A stretch of 64,000 bases of DNA from Candidatus Poribacteria bacterium (lineage in GTDB: Bacteria > Poribacteria > WGA-4E > PCPOR2b), in NCBI GenBank assembly GCA_965215015.1, contig OZ244042.1, forward strand, positions 1,760,001-1,824,000. The letters run 5' to 3'. The notes under the pieces were generated by a model. It saw nothing but the letters and a program-made list of their open reading frames with translations, did not search any database and was not told the DNA's origin. Of the stretch, positions 40,020-49,301 are shown in pieces (the first letter of the stretch is position 1; each line of letters begins with the position of its first letter). The position numbers and the translations under genes are program-made.

Positions 40020-41084
40020 CTACGCTAGGCTTTTATGTGCAGTCCTAAGTAATGAAGCCGTTGTTTCCAGATCAATGCAACTGTCGGTGACGGAAACACC
40101 GTATTCAAGCGTGGATCGATCAAACCCGGTTAAGTCAGAAGGTATTTGCTGACTTCCAGCGTTAATATTTGATTCTAGCATGATTCCTACTATCCCATCA
40201 TTTCCGTCACGAACCTGTTTTAATATTTCCTCAAAAACAGCGGCTTGTTTGCTGTAATCTTTCTCTGAATTTCCGTGACTACAATCTATCACAACATTTG
40301 GAGGCAGCTCCGCTTCCGTCAGCATCCCTTGAACATCTTGAACACTTTGTGAGTCATAATTTGTGCCCGTATTGCTCCCCCTTATTACAATATGAGTATA
40401 TGGATTACCCGTTGTTCGTACAACAGACGGAGCCCCATAGCCATCAATTCCCAGAAAAGAGTGTTCGCCGTTTGCTGATAGAATCGCGTTGATCGCAACC
40501 GAGATATCGCCCTGAGTGCTGTTTTTGAAGCCAACCGGCATCGAAAGACCCGAAGCTAGCTGTCTGTGTTGGGGCGACTCAGTCGTCCGCGCCCCAATTG
40601 CCGCCCAAGAGACCAGATCCGAATTATATTGAGGCGTGAAGGTTTCAAGATATTCAGTGGCACATGGCAGTCCGATTTCAAGACTATCCATTAATATCCG
40701 TCTTGAGATATATAAGCCATCCTTGATATCTCCTGCCCCATTTAGATGTGGGTCATAGATTAAGCCTTTCCAACCGAGACTGGTGCGGGGTTTTTCAAAA
40801 TAAGACCTGACTATAATAACTAAGCGATCTGAAACAGCATCCGAAACCTCTTTTAATCTTACCGCATAGTCATGGGCGACCTCTGCATCATGGATAGAAC
40901 AAGGGCCAACTATGACGAATTTTCGGGAATCGGTGCCATCCAAGATATTTCTGACGCTTGTTCTGCCGTATTGGACCGTCTGTGTCATCGCATCTGTTCT
41001 TGGGAGATCGATTAGCAACTGTCTTGGACTCATTAAGGTTTGATAGTCTTTGACATTTCTGTCAATCGTACCGTTGGTCTGCAT
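40020..41084 (-). CDS. aroF: 3-deoxy-7-phosphoheptulonate (DAHP) synthase, class I-alpha (AroF/G/H type)
   Basis: GPCSIHD, YFEKPRTSLGWKG, AIGARTTES, PVGFKN, DCSHGNS, YGVSVTDSC. ATG 41084 after GGAGG. Isoenzyme identity cannot be determined from sequence alone. Confidence 0.92.
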   Translation of the reverse strand: MQTNGTIDRNVKDYQTLMSPRQLLIDLPRTDAMTQTVQYGRTSVRNILDGTDSRKFVIVGPCSIHDAEVAHDYAVRLKEVSDAVSDRLVIIVRSYFEKPRTSLGWKGLIYDPHLNGAGDIKDGLYISRRILMDSLEIGLPCATEYLETFTPQYNSDLVSWAAIGARTTESPQHRQLASGLSMPVGFKNSTQGDISVAINAILSANGEHSFLGIDGYGAPSVVRTTGNPYTHIVIRGSNTGTNYDSQSVQDVQGMLTEAELPPNVVIDCSHGNSEKDYSKQAAVFEEILKQVRDGNDGIVGIMLESNINAGSQQIPSDLTGFDRSTLEYGVSVTDSCIDLETTASLLRTAHKSLA

Positions 41085-41106
41085 TATTTTGCTGCCTCCT
41101 ATAGAC

Positions 41107-41149
41107 AAAAAAAACGCCCACCATCGAACCTGTTTTCGATGATAGGCGT
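41107..41149 (-). terminator. Attenuator terminator upstream of the DAHP synthase gene
   Basis: Minus strand ACGCCTATCATCGAA-aacagg-TTCGATGGTGGGCGT followed by a T-tract; 15-bp stem with 2 G-U pairs. Confidence 0.88.
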
Positions 41150-41177
41150 GAATGAAAAACTAAATGTGGGATAATCT

Positions 41178-41303
41178 CTACATCTCCGATGCGAGGTCTA
41201 CCCGCCCATCATCGCAGCACAAGTACAACAAAAAGAGATAGAGATAAAGGAAGTACAGCGTTGTTTGACGTGCGATGTGGGTATGTGGGTAGAAATTTTT
41301 CAT
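41178..41303 (-). CDS. Leu/Tyr/Phe-rich attenuator leader peptide (41 aa)
   Basis: MKNFYPHTHIARQTT-LYFLYLYLFLLYL-CCDDGRVDLASEM*; lies between the promoter and the terminator; too short for the ORF track. Confidence 0.8.
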   Translation of the reverse strand: MKNFYPHTHIARQTTLYFLYLYLFLLYLCCDDGRVDLASEM

Positions 41304-41325
41304 TAGCCTCTTGTGGTTCCTATGT

Positions 41326-41354
41326 ATTCTATACCTAACCTATACGTTCATCAA
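41326..41354 (-). promoter_or_regulatory. Sigma70-type promoter of the leader-aroF-leuA transcript
   Basis: TTGATG (41354-41349), 17-bp spacer, TAGAAT (41331-41326). Confidence 0.7.
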
Positions 41355-41519
41355 CTGCTAGAAATGTCTGTAAGTTTGGTGAAAAGACACTTAATTTTAA
41401 CAAACCCCTTGACAAGATGTCAAGGCAATTTTCGTTGACAACCCTTTTTCTGGGTGTTATAGTTATATTTCGGAGCGTCAATAAAACAGATTTAATCGGG
41501 ATTTGAGGATTAAAGAATC

Positions 41520-41811
41520 TAGGACTTACGCCGTTGAACCCTCGAAGCCAATACCCGAAAAGGGCGCGCAATGTTCATCGTTGGTTCAAAACACCCAGAC
41601 TCTAGCGCAACGTTCCGGGCGGATTGAGCCAGGATTATTGCTCCATAGTATCTGGTATTCTCTTGCGCTCTAGTCATGGTATCCTCACCCCCCTCTGGCC
41701 CCCGCAAGCAGGGGGACAGCATAAGGAGTATGTCTACTACTGGCGACGATTTATGGTCTATCGTGATGCGGCTTGAATGGCATTACGACAAACTCAAGTG
41801 CATAACTCCTA
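41520..41811. mobile_element. Family A MITE, opposite orientation to 1538-1881
   Basis: TAGGACTTACGC...GCATAACTCCTA; flanking direct repeat AAGAATC. Confidence 0.75.
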
Positions 41812-41853
41812 AGAATCAAGAGAATCCGCCAATCCTGACAAAGGAGTAGTCGT

Positions 41854-43266
41854 TTGAACGCTGAAGAAAAGTGTCTATTTATTAACAGTCAGATTCCCAA
41901 AGGGGGGCTCTTCACCGGCGAAAAGAAGACCGTCCACCCCGATAGCAATGTAACGTGGCGAATCTCGCCGGAGCCATTTTGGATTCTCCAAGAACACTTA
42001 GATTGGCTTGAGGAACTGGGAACACACCTATTGCGGTTCTACAAAGCCTGTAACTTACTCTACTCGCAGAGTGTACGTGGCATTCAGCCGGATTGGGTCG
42101 CAGCGTATCTTGATCAGGGGAAGCCTGAGTCTGTGATAGAACTCGGACGGATGAATCGGTTCAAGAGCCAACTACCACAAGTTATTCGTCCCGATATCTT
42201 GCCGACTCCCGATGGTTTTATTATCACCGAATTGGATTCCGTCCCCGGCGGCATGGGATTTACCGGCAGCCTAGCGACACAATATGCCAAATTGGACTAC
42301 GACATCATTGGCGGTAGCAATGGGATGCAGCTCGCTTTTGCGGAGATGGTCAGGTCGCTAGCGAAGGTTGAACACCCAACGTTGGCAATTGTCGTCTCCG
42401 ATGAATCCGCGGATTATTGGGACGAAATGAAGTGGTTAGAATCAGCACTGCGAGGGGTAGGCTTGGCTGCCCACACCATCAAACCCCGCGACGTGATTTT
42501 TACAGAAAATGCGCTATTCCTTGAATTAGATGAAGGAAAAATCCAAATTGATGTCCTCTACCGCTTCTTTGAACTGTTTGATTTGAAAAACATTCCCAAA
42601 GCAGAGTTGATGCTCTATGGTGCCAAAAGGCGAACGGTGGTCATGACCCCGCCCCCGAAGACATACCTTGAGGAAAAGTTGCTGTTTGCCCTGTTTCATC
42701 ACCCATCCCTCCAACCTTTCTGGCAAAGAGAACTTGGGAAGAAAACCTACCAGTTCCTACCGAACATTCTCCCACAGACATGGCTGCTCGATCCGCGTGA
42801 GCTACCACCACACGCTGTCATTCCGGCACTTGAGATGGATGGACTGCCTGTCACAAACTGGAAACAAATCATTCCTGTCTCGCAACGGCAGCGTGAACTT
42901 GTCCTCAAGCCATCGGGGTTCTCCGAATTGGCATGGGGAAGTCGTGGCGTTGCAATCGGACATGACCTTCCCACCGAAGATTGGGAACACGCAGTGGAAA
43001 ACGCATTGACCCGTTTTCATCAGACACCCTATGTCCTACAAAAATTCCACAGAGCGGAACGCCTCACTATGACTTATTACGACTTTGAGCAGGGGGCAGT
43101 TCAAAGAATGCCGGGGCGAGCGATGATTCGTCCGTATTACTTCGCAATGGGTGACAAGGTGCGCCTCGCTGGGATTCAAGCGACCATCTGCCCCGAAGAC
43201 AAAAAAATCTTGCATGGGATGGTTGATTCGATTATTGTGCCGTGTGCGGTTAAAACGGATATATAG
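41854..43266 (+). CDS. ATP-grasp-type ligase (glutathionylspermidine synthase / circularly permuted ATP-grasp-like)
   Basis: IRPD...ITELDSVPGG, DVLYRFFE, LVLKPSG...WGSRGV, YVLQKF; TTG start after AAGGAG. Confidence 0.65.
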   Translation: MNAEEKCLFINSQIPKGGLFTGEKKTVHPDSNVTWRISPEPFWILQEHLDWLEELGTHLLRFYKACNLLYSQSVRGIQPDWVAAYLDQGKPESVIELGRMNRFKSQLPQVIRPDILPTPDGFIITELDSVPGGMGFTGSLATQYAKLDYDIIGGSNGMQLAFAEMVRSLAKVEHPTLAIVVSDESADYWDEMKWLESALRGVGLAAHTIKPRDVIFTENALFLELDEGKIQIDVLYRFFELFDLKNIPKAELMLYGAKRRTVVMTPPPKTYLEEKLLFALFHHPSLQPFWQRELGKKTYQFLPNILPQTWLLDPRELPPHAVIPALEMDGLPVTNWKQIIPVSQRQRELVLKPSGFSELAWGSRGVAIGHDLPTEDWEHAVENALTRFHQTPYVLQKFHRAERLTMTYYDFEQGAVQRMPGRAMIRPYYFAMGDKVRLAGIQATICPEDKKILHGMVDSIIVPCAVKTDI

Positions 43267-43333
43267 TTCTAGTTCAGGGGAGGCTTAAAGGATTGAGATT
43301 TACTAGACTTATTCTTTAAGAAAGGACATCGCC

Positions 43334-44155
43334 ATGAAAATAGTAACCATTCCAGCCAACGGAGAAATCCTTGATAAGAAAGACCCTTATCCCTACGGGT
43401 GGCGTGAAGCGATACGTACTTTGCCAGACGGAACAGAGGTTCTGGAACGGACCGCCCTGACACTTGAGGACATCCTTCACCCACAGGTTGGAGATTACCG
43501 AATGCACGATGAAGAACATGAACGATTCTGTAATTATCTCTACAACGTGCTATCCGCCCGGATTGCAGATGACCCGAATGCCGTGGTCTTGCACGATGTG
43601 CGCGTGGCGTGGGCACTGCCCGGTCTGAGAGCGCATGGGCCCGACATTTCAGTGATTTTTGACCTCCAGCGGCACATCAATTGGAGCACCTTTTCGGAGG
43701 GAGAGGAGGAAACCAAGCCAAGCCTGATTATCGAGATTGTCTCACCTTCAACCCGATCAGTTGATGTTGTCACGAAGGTTGACCACTATGAGAGGGTCGG
43801 CGTACCGAATTACATCATCGTGGATCGGTTTGAGCGGCGGGGGGTAATGGTACGAGAGTTGGTGGGATACCGACTCACACCGGGGGGCTATGAGGAATTG
43901 AGTCCCAATGCGGATGGCTGGCTATGGATTGAGCCTGTCAATCTTTGGATCGGCTTGAATGGCGAAGATTTAGTCTGCTATAATGAAAGCGGCGAAGCCA
44001 TCCTGGATTACGTGGGAGTGACAGCGGCCCGTGCGGAAGCGGAAACGCGGGCCACTGAAGCGGAAACGCGGACCGCTGAAGAAGCCCAAGCCCGCGCTGC
44101 GGCAGAGGAACGGATTCGCCAACTTGAAGCTGAATTACAGCGTCGTATACCGTAG
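43334..44155 (+). CDS. Uma2-family (PD-(D/E)xK) endonuclease-like protein with a coiled-coil tail
   Basis: GPDISV, IIEIVSPSTRSVD..KVDHYERVGVPNYIIVD; AETRA repeats at the C terminus. Confidence 0.85.
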   Translation: MKIVTIPANGEILDKKDPYPYGWREAIRTLPDGTEVLERTALTLEDILHPQVGDYRMHDEEHERFCNYLYNVLSARIADDPNAVVLHDVRVAWALPGLRAHGPDISVIFDLQRHINWSTFSEGEEETKPSLIIEIVSPSTRSVDVVTKVDHYERVGVPNYIIVDRFERRGVMVRELVGYRLTPGGYEELSPNADGWLWIEPVNLWIGLNGEDLVCYNESGEAILDYVGVTAARAEAETRATEAETRTAEEAQARAAAEERIRQLEAELQRRIP

Positions 44156-44180
44156 GTTTCCTCGAACGGAACCAGTCACA

Positions 44181-45143
44181 TCACTCTCTGCGATAAGGTA
44201 GGGCAAGCGCGGCAGGGGGCCTGGCTTGCCCGACAAATCCTGCCAACACAAGAAGCGTCAAAACATAAGGCAGCATCAGGAAGAATTGGTAGGGGATAAA
44301 TCCGAGATCGGCGACCGCCTGCAACCGGTCGGGTAGGGCGTTGGCAAGCCCAAACAGTAATGCCGCTCCACACGCCTTGACCGGATGCCACTTGCCAAAG
44401 ATAACGATTGAAAGCGCGATAAAGCCGCGACCGGCGGTCATCTCTGTGCTGAAGAATGGTACGTCGACTAACGAAAGATACCCGCCGGCCAGTCCTGCCA
44501 TGAACCCGCCAAAGAGGACGCATCGCGCCTGCAGCCAGAGCACACTAACACCGACCGTATCCGCCGCCTTGGGGTGTTCACCGCAGGCTTGGATAGCAAG
44601 TCCATGATAGGTGTGAAAGAGATAAAAATAGACAGCGGGAACAGCGAGAAATGCTATGTAGACCAACAGATTTTGCTGAAATAGGATGGGACCAATAAAC
44701 GGAATATTAGACAACAACGGAATATGAAGCGGCTGGAAAATCGCCACCTTCAGTGCATCCCCAGTTGCACCAAAGATGCGGCGGTACAACACCTCGACGA
44801 GTCCGAACGCCAAGAGGTTGATACCGGTGCCCGTCACGACCTGATCGGTCTTTAGCCGCAGACTTAAGGTCGCAAAGATACTGGCTAGGACCACGCCACT
44901 CAACCCACCCAACAGGATGCCGAACCACGGTGCAAGCCCAGGGTTCATACCTTGGATGTAGAAAGAACCGATCCAGCCGGTAAATGCCCCCAAAATCATC
45001 ATGCCTTCCAACCCGATATTGATGACCCCCGCGCGTTCAGCGATAATTTCTCCGAGGGCGACAAGCAAAAGCGGAGTTGCGTAGCGAACTGTTGCTTCGA
45101 GAATGTGTTCAATCATGTCGCGTGAAATTTTCTTTAAGGCCAA
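44181..45143 (-). CDS. ABC transporter permease (nucleoside/simple-sugar type)
   Basis: ERAGVINIGLEG, GEHPKAADTVG, GRGFIALSIVIFGKW, LPYVLT. Start may be ATG 45116. Confidence 0.88.
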   Translation of the reverse strand: MALKKISRDMIEHILEATVRYATPLLLVALGEIIAERAGVINIGLEGMMILGAFTGWIGSFYIQGMNPGLAPWFGILLGGLSGVVLASIFATLSLRLKTDQVVTGTGINLLAFGLVEVLYRRIFGATGDALKVAIFQPLHIPLLSNIPFIGPILFQQNLLVYIAFLAVPAVYFYLFHTYHGLAIQACGEHPKAADTVGVSVLWLQARCVLFGGFMAGLAGGYLSLVDVPFFSTEMTAGRGFIALSIVIFGKWHPVKACGAALLFGLANALPDRLQAVADLGFIPYQFFLMLPYVLTLLVLAGFVGQARPPAALALPYRRE

Positions 45144-45149
45144 CGGTAG

Positions 45150-46388
45150 CTACGTCAGGGAGAGTGCTTCATCGATTTCGGCCTGATATTCGTAAACCTC
45201 GCCGTTTTCCACCTCGGCTATTCGTAGGGCACGCCCAGCCCTGGAGGACTCAAATATCGCGTAGAGTGCCGCCACATCCTTCAATCCGCAGATGCCATCA
45301 ACCTCAATTTTCCGTCCGTTGCGAATCGACGCTGCCAGCTCGTAATATTCGAGCGCAATCAGTTTCCAATCCACAGCGGGGTCTCCCGCGGAAACGCCCG
45401 ATGGAAAGAAATGTTTCGCCAGCGGCTCTAGGGAAAATTCATCCACGGACGCTAGAATCTCTTCTTGGTTCATCGTTTCCTGAGTCCTTCGCTGCATGCT
45501 GATCCTGCCGCCGCGTGTGCCAAAGCCATTGATGCTTCCCCCATCACCAAAGATGAGTTCACCACCGCAACCACCGTGCCCGCTAAGACCGACCAGCCAG
45601 TTGACAGTCGTCCCGTTCTCCATTTTAAACATCGCCAGCGAGGTGTCCTCTGCCGTTGCTGGAACCTTCGCTGCCATCGCCCGAAAACGGTTCTGGTAGA
45701 AGGTATAGGTGTCGCCGATGCTGTCAGGCTTTTTTCTTACTGGTTCAACCAACTCCACATCCCCGTAGACTTCCGCTATATCCCCAAGTTGATACCGGAT
45801 CATGTGAGTGAAGTGAACCGCCATGTCGAGGAGGGCTCCGCCGCGTTCCTTAAGATGCCGCCAAGGCGTGATGAAAATCCTGTCCCCCGGACTCAACGAA
45901 TGGAACAACGCCATATAAGGTGCCCCGATTGCCCCCGTCTCCAACAGATAGCGGACGAGTCGAGCGGAGGGATCGCGTCGGAAGTTCTCCGCCACCGACA
46001 GATGACGGTTGTTTCGCGCTGCGGCTTCAATCATCTGCCGGCACGCCTTTACCGTAATTGCCATCGGTTTTTCCACCATCACATGAAGTCCCAAGTCTAG
46101 TGCTTGACACACAACCTCATGGTGTACCGACGGATCCGTCACTACATCTACAGCGGTGAGGTCGGGCACGGTGCGGGTCATCTCCTCCAGGTCGGTGAAA
46201 ATCTCTGGACTGACACCCATCAATTTCTCCGCTTCTAGCGCGGCAAGCTCGGCATTCTCCCTGCGAATATCGCACACGGCACAGAGCTCCACGTTGGAGA
46301 AAGGGCTTTGCGCCAATTCCCGCAAGCCATACAGATGCCGCGTCCCCATCCCACCGCAGCCCACCAGTCCAAGTCTGATTTTGTCCAT
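45150..46388 (-). CDS. Gfo/Idh/MocA oxidoreductase
   Basis: GLVGCGGMG, VEKPMA, GGALLDMAVH. Confidence 0.9.
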   Translation of the reverse strand: MDKIRLGLVGCGGMGTRHLYGLRELAQSPFSNVELCAVCDIRRENAELAALEAEKLMGVSPEIFTDLEEMTRTVPDLTAVDVVTDPSVHHEVVCQALDLGLHVMVEKPMAITVKACRQMIEAAARNNRHLSVAENFRRDPSARLVRYLLETGAIGAPYMALFHSLSPGDRIFITPWRHLKERGGALLDMAVHFTHMIRYQLGDIAEVYGDVELVEPVRKKPDSIGDTYTFYQNRFRAMAAKVPATAEDTSLAMFKMENGTTVNWLVGLSGHGGCGGELIFGDGGSINGFGTRGGRISMQRRTQETMNQEEILASVDEFSLEPLAKHFFPSGVSAGDPAVDWKLIALEYYELAASIRNGRKIEVDGICGLKDVAALYAIFESSRAGRALRIAEVENGEVYEYQAEIDEALSLT

Positions 46389-46402
46389 GACTCCTCCGCT
46401 AG

Positions 46403-46924
46403 CTACGGGGTATAATTTTCTAAATCCGGTTCGATAGCCAGACCTTGCTCCAGATCGAAATCGACTTCGACCGAGTGCGCGTGATAGTCCTGATCACCAC
46501 GAACCGTTTGGTAGACATCGGTGCCCTCCACACAAATAGGCATGGTATGCCAGACCTTAAGCCCCAAACAGACCCCCACACTCCCATCCGAATAGAAGGC
46601 GCGTACATCTTCAGCCTCTAGGGTATCCTGTACAGGACCGACCAGAAAGACTGTTGGCTGGTGCAGGCTTGGGTAGAACGCCTGACCGGCGTCGGTGTGA
46701 AAGGCGAAGTGTGCTCGCTGCAGCCCTTCGGAGAGCGGCGTTTTTTGGGGTTCGGCGTCCGCGGATATCTCAGAAAGGGCCGCGGTTACGGGATATGCAG
46801 CTGAACGGAGTCCCCCTTTTGCGATTTCTGGTTTGGCCTCCTCAAACGATTCAATGACCTCTCCGAACGGCGCGAAGGCTTCAGGGGTCAACGGTTCAAC
46901 TTTGACTTTGAAGCTTTTCCACAT
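46403..46924 (-). CDS. Ureidoglycolate lyase-like cupin
   Basis: EPLTPEAFAPFGEVI, H...QAF, VWH; GGAGG before ATG 46924. Confidence 0.7.
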   Translation of the reverse strand: MWKSFKVKVEPLTPEAFAPFGEVIESFEEAKPEIAKGGLRSAAYPVTAALSEISADAEPQKTPLSEGLQRAHFAFHTDAGQAFYPSLHQPTVFLVGPVQDTLEAEDVRAFYSDGSVGVCLGLKVWHTMPICVEGTDVYQTVRGDQDYHAHSVEVDFDLEQGLAIEPDLENYTP

Positions 46925-47062
46925 GGCTTTATCCCTCCTCAAGTTATCGCCTATTGATTTTGTCCAACGATTCTTTGCTTTGAAAAGATACCCGATAGAA
47001 TTAACCACTAATGGCGCAGGTTGTGGGTAGGAAACAACAATCGTCGTTCCCTACTATTTTTG

Positions 47063-48070
47063 CTATAGCCGCATTGTCGGTGGCAAGCCAAATTCTTGGG
47101 CGATTTGATTGAGTCGCTCAATATCTACGAAACTGATAGGTGCACCATCGCGCTTGTATTCCTGTTCCCTGCGAGATTCAGGGGTGCCGGGAAGCGTTGC
47201 CTCATCGTAGCCTCGTAACGGTGCCATAGTTTCCCGTACTCCACGCACCAAGTTATCGACTCCGGCCCGAAATTCTTCTGGATCAGTGAATAGCCCTATA
47301 TCCATAACCACAATCAAGCCCCCGGCTTGTCCGCGGGGCCATTTCGCTTTTACCGCTTTCGCCCGTGCACTGTCTGTACCAACAAAGGGCCCACCGAGCC
47401 CCCTAGCGACGCCGGTATAACCCATAGACTTGAAAAAGGCAGCTGGAATCATTGACTGCAAGGCATCAAATTCTTCACCACGCTGGTAATCAGCGAGGAT
47501 GCAGGTTGCCATGTCGGGAATAAGCGGCGGTTCGTTCCCGCCGGGCAAGCCAAAGCAGAGCGGGGGATTGCCCCAATAGGCGGAAGGAGGGCGGTTGTTT
47601 GGGTCCGCTGGACCAAATTCACTTGAACCGCCCTGAACGGAAAAGGCAGTACATCCTGCCTCCATCGCCCGGCGAACGTAATGCCCTGCCGAACCGTAGT
47701 GGCCGATGTGACAGGTCGCGCCAACAGCCACGCCGCTCACCTTTGCCTTGGTGATAGCACTTTCAGTTCCCATCATCATAGGCGCATACCCCAAGCCACC
47801 ATCGCCATCAATCAGGATAGCGGTCGGAGTTTCTTTGAGGACTTGGCAGTTGGGGTTGGGGTTAATCAGTTTGTCTCGCAAGCTCTCACAATAACCGGGC
47901 ACCTGCCGGAGACCGTGGGAGTGCACCCCTCGTAGGTCGGCGTTGGTCAATAATTGGGCGAGTTGCTCCGCATGATCCCCGCGTAAGCCTGCGGCTTTGA
48001 AACAGGCCCCAGCGAAGGCTCGCAGCTGTGGTTCTGAGATGCGTTTGGATTCTGTGGGGGGACGGTTCAT
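47063..48070 (-). CDS. Ldh_2 family (AllD/ComC-like) 2-hydroxyacid dehydrogenase
   Basis: ADLRGVHSHGL, IDGDGGLG, HYGSAG, LPG. Confidence 0.85.
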   Translation of the reverse strand: MNRPPTESKRISEPQLRAFAGACFKAAGLRGDHAEQLAQLLTNADLRGVHSHGLRQVPGYCESLRDKLINPNPNCQVLKETPTAILIDGDGGLGYAPMMMGTESAITKAKVSGVAVGATCHIGHYGSAGHYVRRAMEAGCTAFSVQGGSSEFGPADPNNRPPSAYWGNPPLCFGLPGGNEPPLIPDMATCILADYQRGEEFDALQSMIPAAFFKSMGYTGVARGLGGPFVGTDSARAKAVKAKWPRGQAGGLIVVMDIGLFTDPEEFRAGVDNLVRGVRETMAPLRGYDEATLPGTPESRREQEYKRDGAPISFVDIERLNQIAQEFGLPPTMRL

Positions 48071-48081
48071 TGTATATCCTC

Positions 48082-49251
48082 CTATCCCTTTTGTTCTTTC
48101 TCATGTAACGTTTTCATAACTTGGTGGTGTCCCATACCCTGATTTCGCAGCTCGGCATAGGCTTTTTCGTCAATGGCATCGCGCTTGAGAAAGCCACGGA
48201 TATCGTATCTGCCCGGTTTTTCCACCGGCAGCTTGCCCTCACCCACCATCAACTCCAACGGATAACCCTCCTCCTGTAGGGGCAGGTGGATAACACGATG
48301 TTGTCGAGCAGATTCGTAGAGTGCCATCATGATTTCCACCGTCGCGCGGGCTTTTTTGCCGGTGCCACGGTGTTCGGGACCGCCCTCGATCCAGGCTATA
48401 AGTTCACGCACCTGTGCGGCGTTGGTCCGCCCGCCGATTGCTTGAATTTCTTCTGCTTCTACGCGCAGGGGCACCTGTTCCCAACCGTTGGAGTTGGCGT
48501 TAAACAGTCTGACCCGTGCTTCGCTAACATCCAGCATACCCTCGGTGCCTTGGATGAGAAAACCTCCCGCCGCTGCACCCTCCATGCACAGGTCAGACTG
48601 TATAAAGAGCTGCAGCCCACCTTCCATCTGCACCAGGGCCATGCAGCGGTCTTCGATCGGCGTATCCCTCTCATACCGATCTGTATCCCGCTCTACCGCT
48701 CCCATTACCCAGAGTGCTTGCGGATCCCCCAAGACGAAACGTGAGCCATCAATTGCATGTGTACCACAATTGAGTAATCCCTGCTGAATCTTGCAGTTTA
48801 CCCAAACCGGATCGCCGATAGCCTTCTGTTGAATCAGTTCACCTGCCTTCTCCCAACCGGGCGTAAAACGTCGCTGATGGCTGATTATCAACTTGGTGCC
48901 GCTCGCCTCGCACGCATCAACCATACTGTTTGCCGCGCCTAAGCTGGTCGCCATCGGTTTTTCGCAGATTACAGCTTTGACGCCGGCTTGCGCCGCTGCG
49001 ATGGTCGGTGCTGGATGGAGCGGATGCCAAGTGCAAACACTGACGATATCTGGCTGCGCTTTTTCCAGCATTTCTTCAACAGTGGAGTAGCCCTGTGGAA
49101 TGTTATACTTTTCCATATATTCCTCGCGGGCGACCAACAGCGGATCGACGACGGCTACCACTTCCACATTGTCATTCAAACTATAGCCATCCATGTGGGC
49201 ATTGCCGATAGATCCACAGCCGATAATTGCTGCAGTATATTTTCTAGACAT
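48082..49251 (-). CDS. Gfo/Idh/MocA oxidoreductase
   Basis: IIGCGSIG, CEKPMA, HQRRF. Confidence 0.9.
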   Translation of the reverse strand: MSRKYTAAIIGCGSIGNAHMDGYSLNDNVEVVAVVDPLLVAREEYMEKYNIPQGYSTVEEMLEKAQPDIVSVCTWHPLHPAPTIAAAQAGVKAVICEKPMATSLGAANSMVDACEASGTKLIISHQRRFTPGWEKAGELIQQKAIGDPVWVNCKIQQGLLNCGTHAIDGSRFVLGDPQALWVMGAVERDTDRYERDTPIEDRCMALVQMEGGLQLFIQSDLCMEGAAAGGFLIQGTEGMLDVSEARVRLFNANSNGWEQVPLRVEAEEIQAIGGRTNAAQVRELIAWIEGGPEHRGTGKKARATVEIMMALYESARQHRVIHLPLQEEGYPLELMVGEGKLPVEKPGRYDIRGFLKRDAIDEKAYAELRNQGMGHHQVMKTLHEKEQKG

Positions 49252-49301
49252 CTACTGTTTCCTTTCTATCTAGGGGAAACGCGTCCGCGCAGCTACGCTA
49301 A

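Noticed and set aside
41178-43266. 41-aa peptide as a RiPP precursor for the neighbouring ATP-grasp enzyme
   Set aside because: The genes are divergent and separated by a MITE; the peptide's position, codon run and terminator/antiterminator fit attenuation much better.
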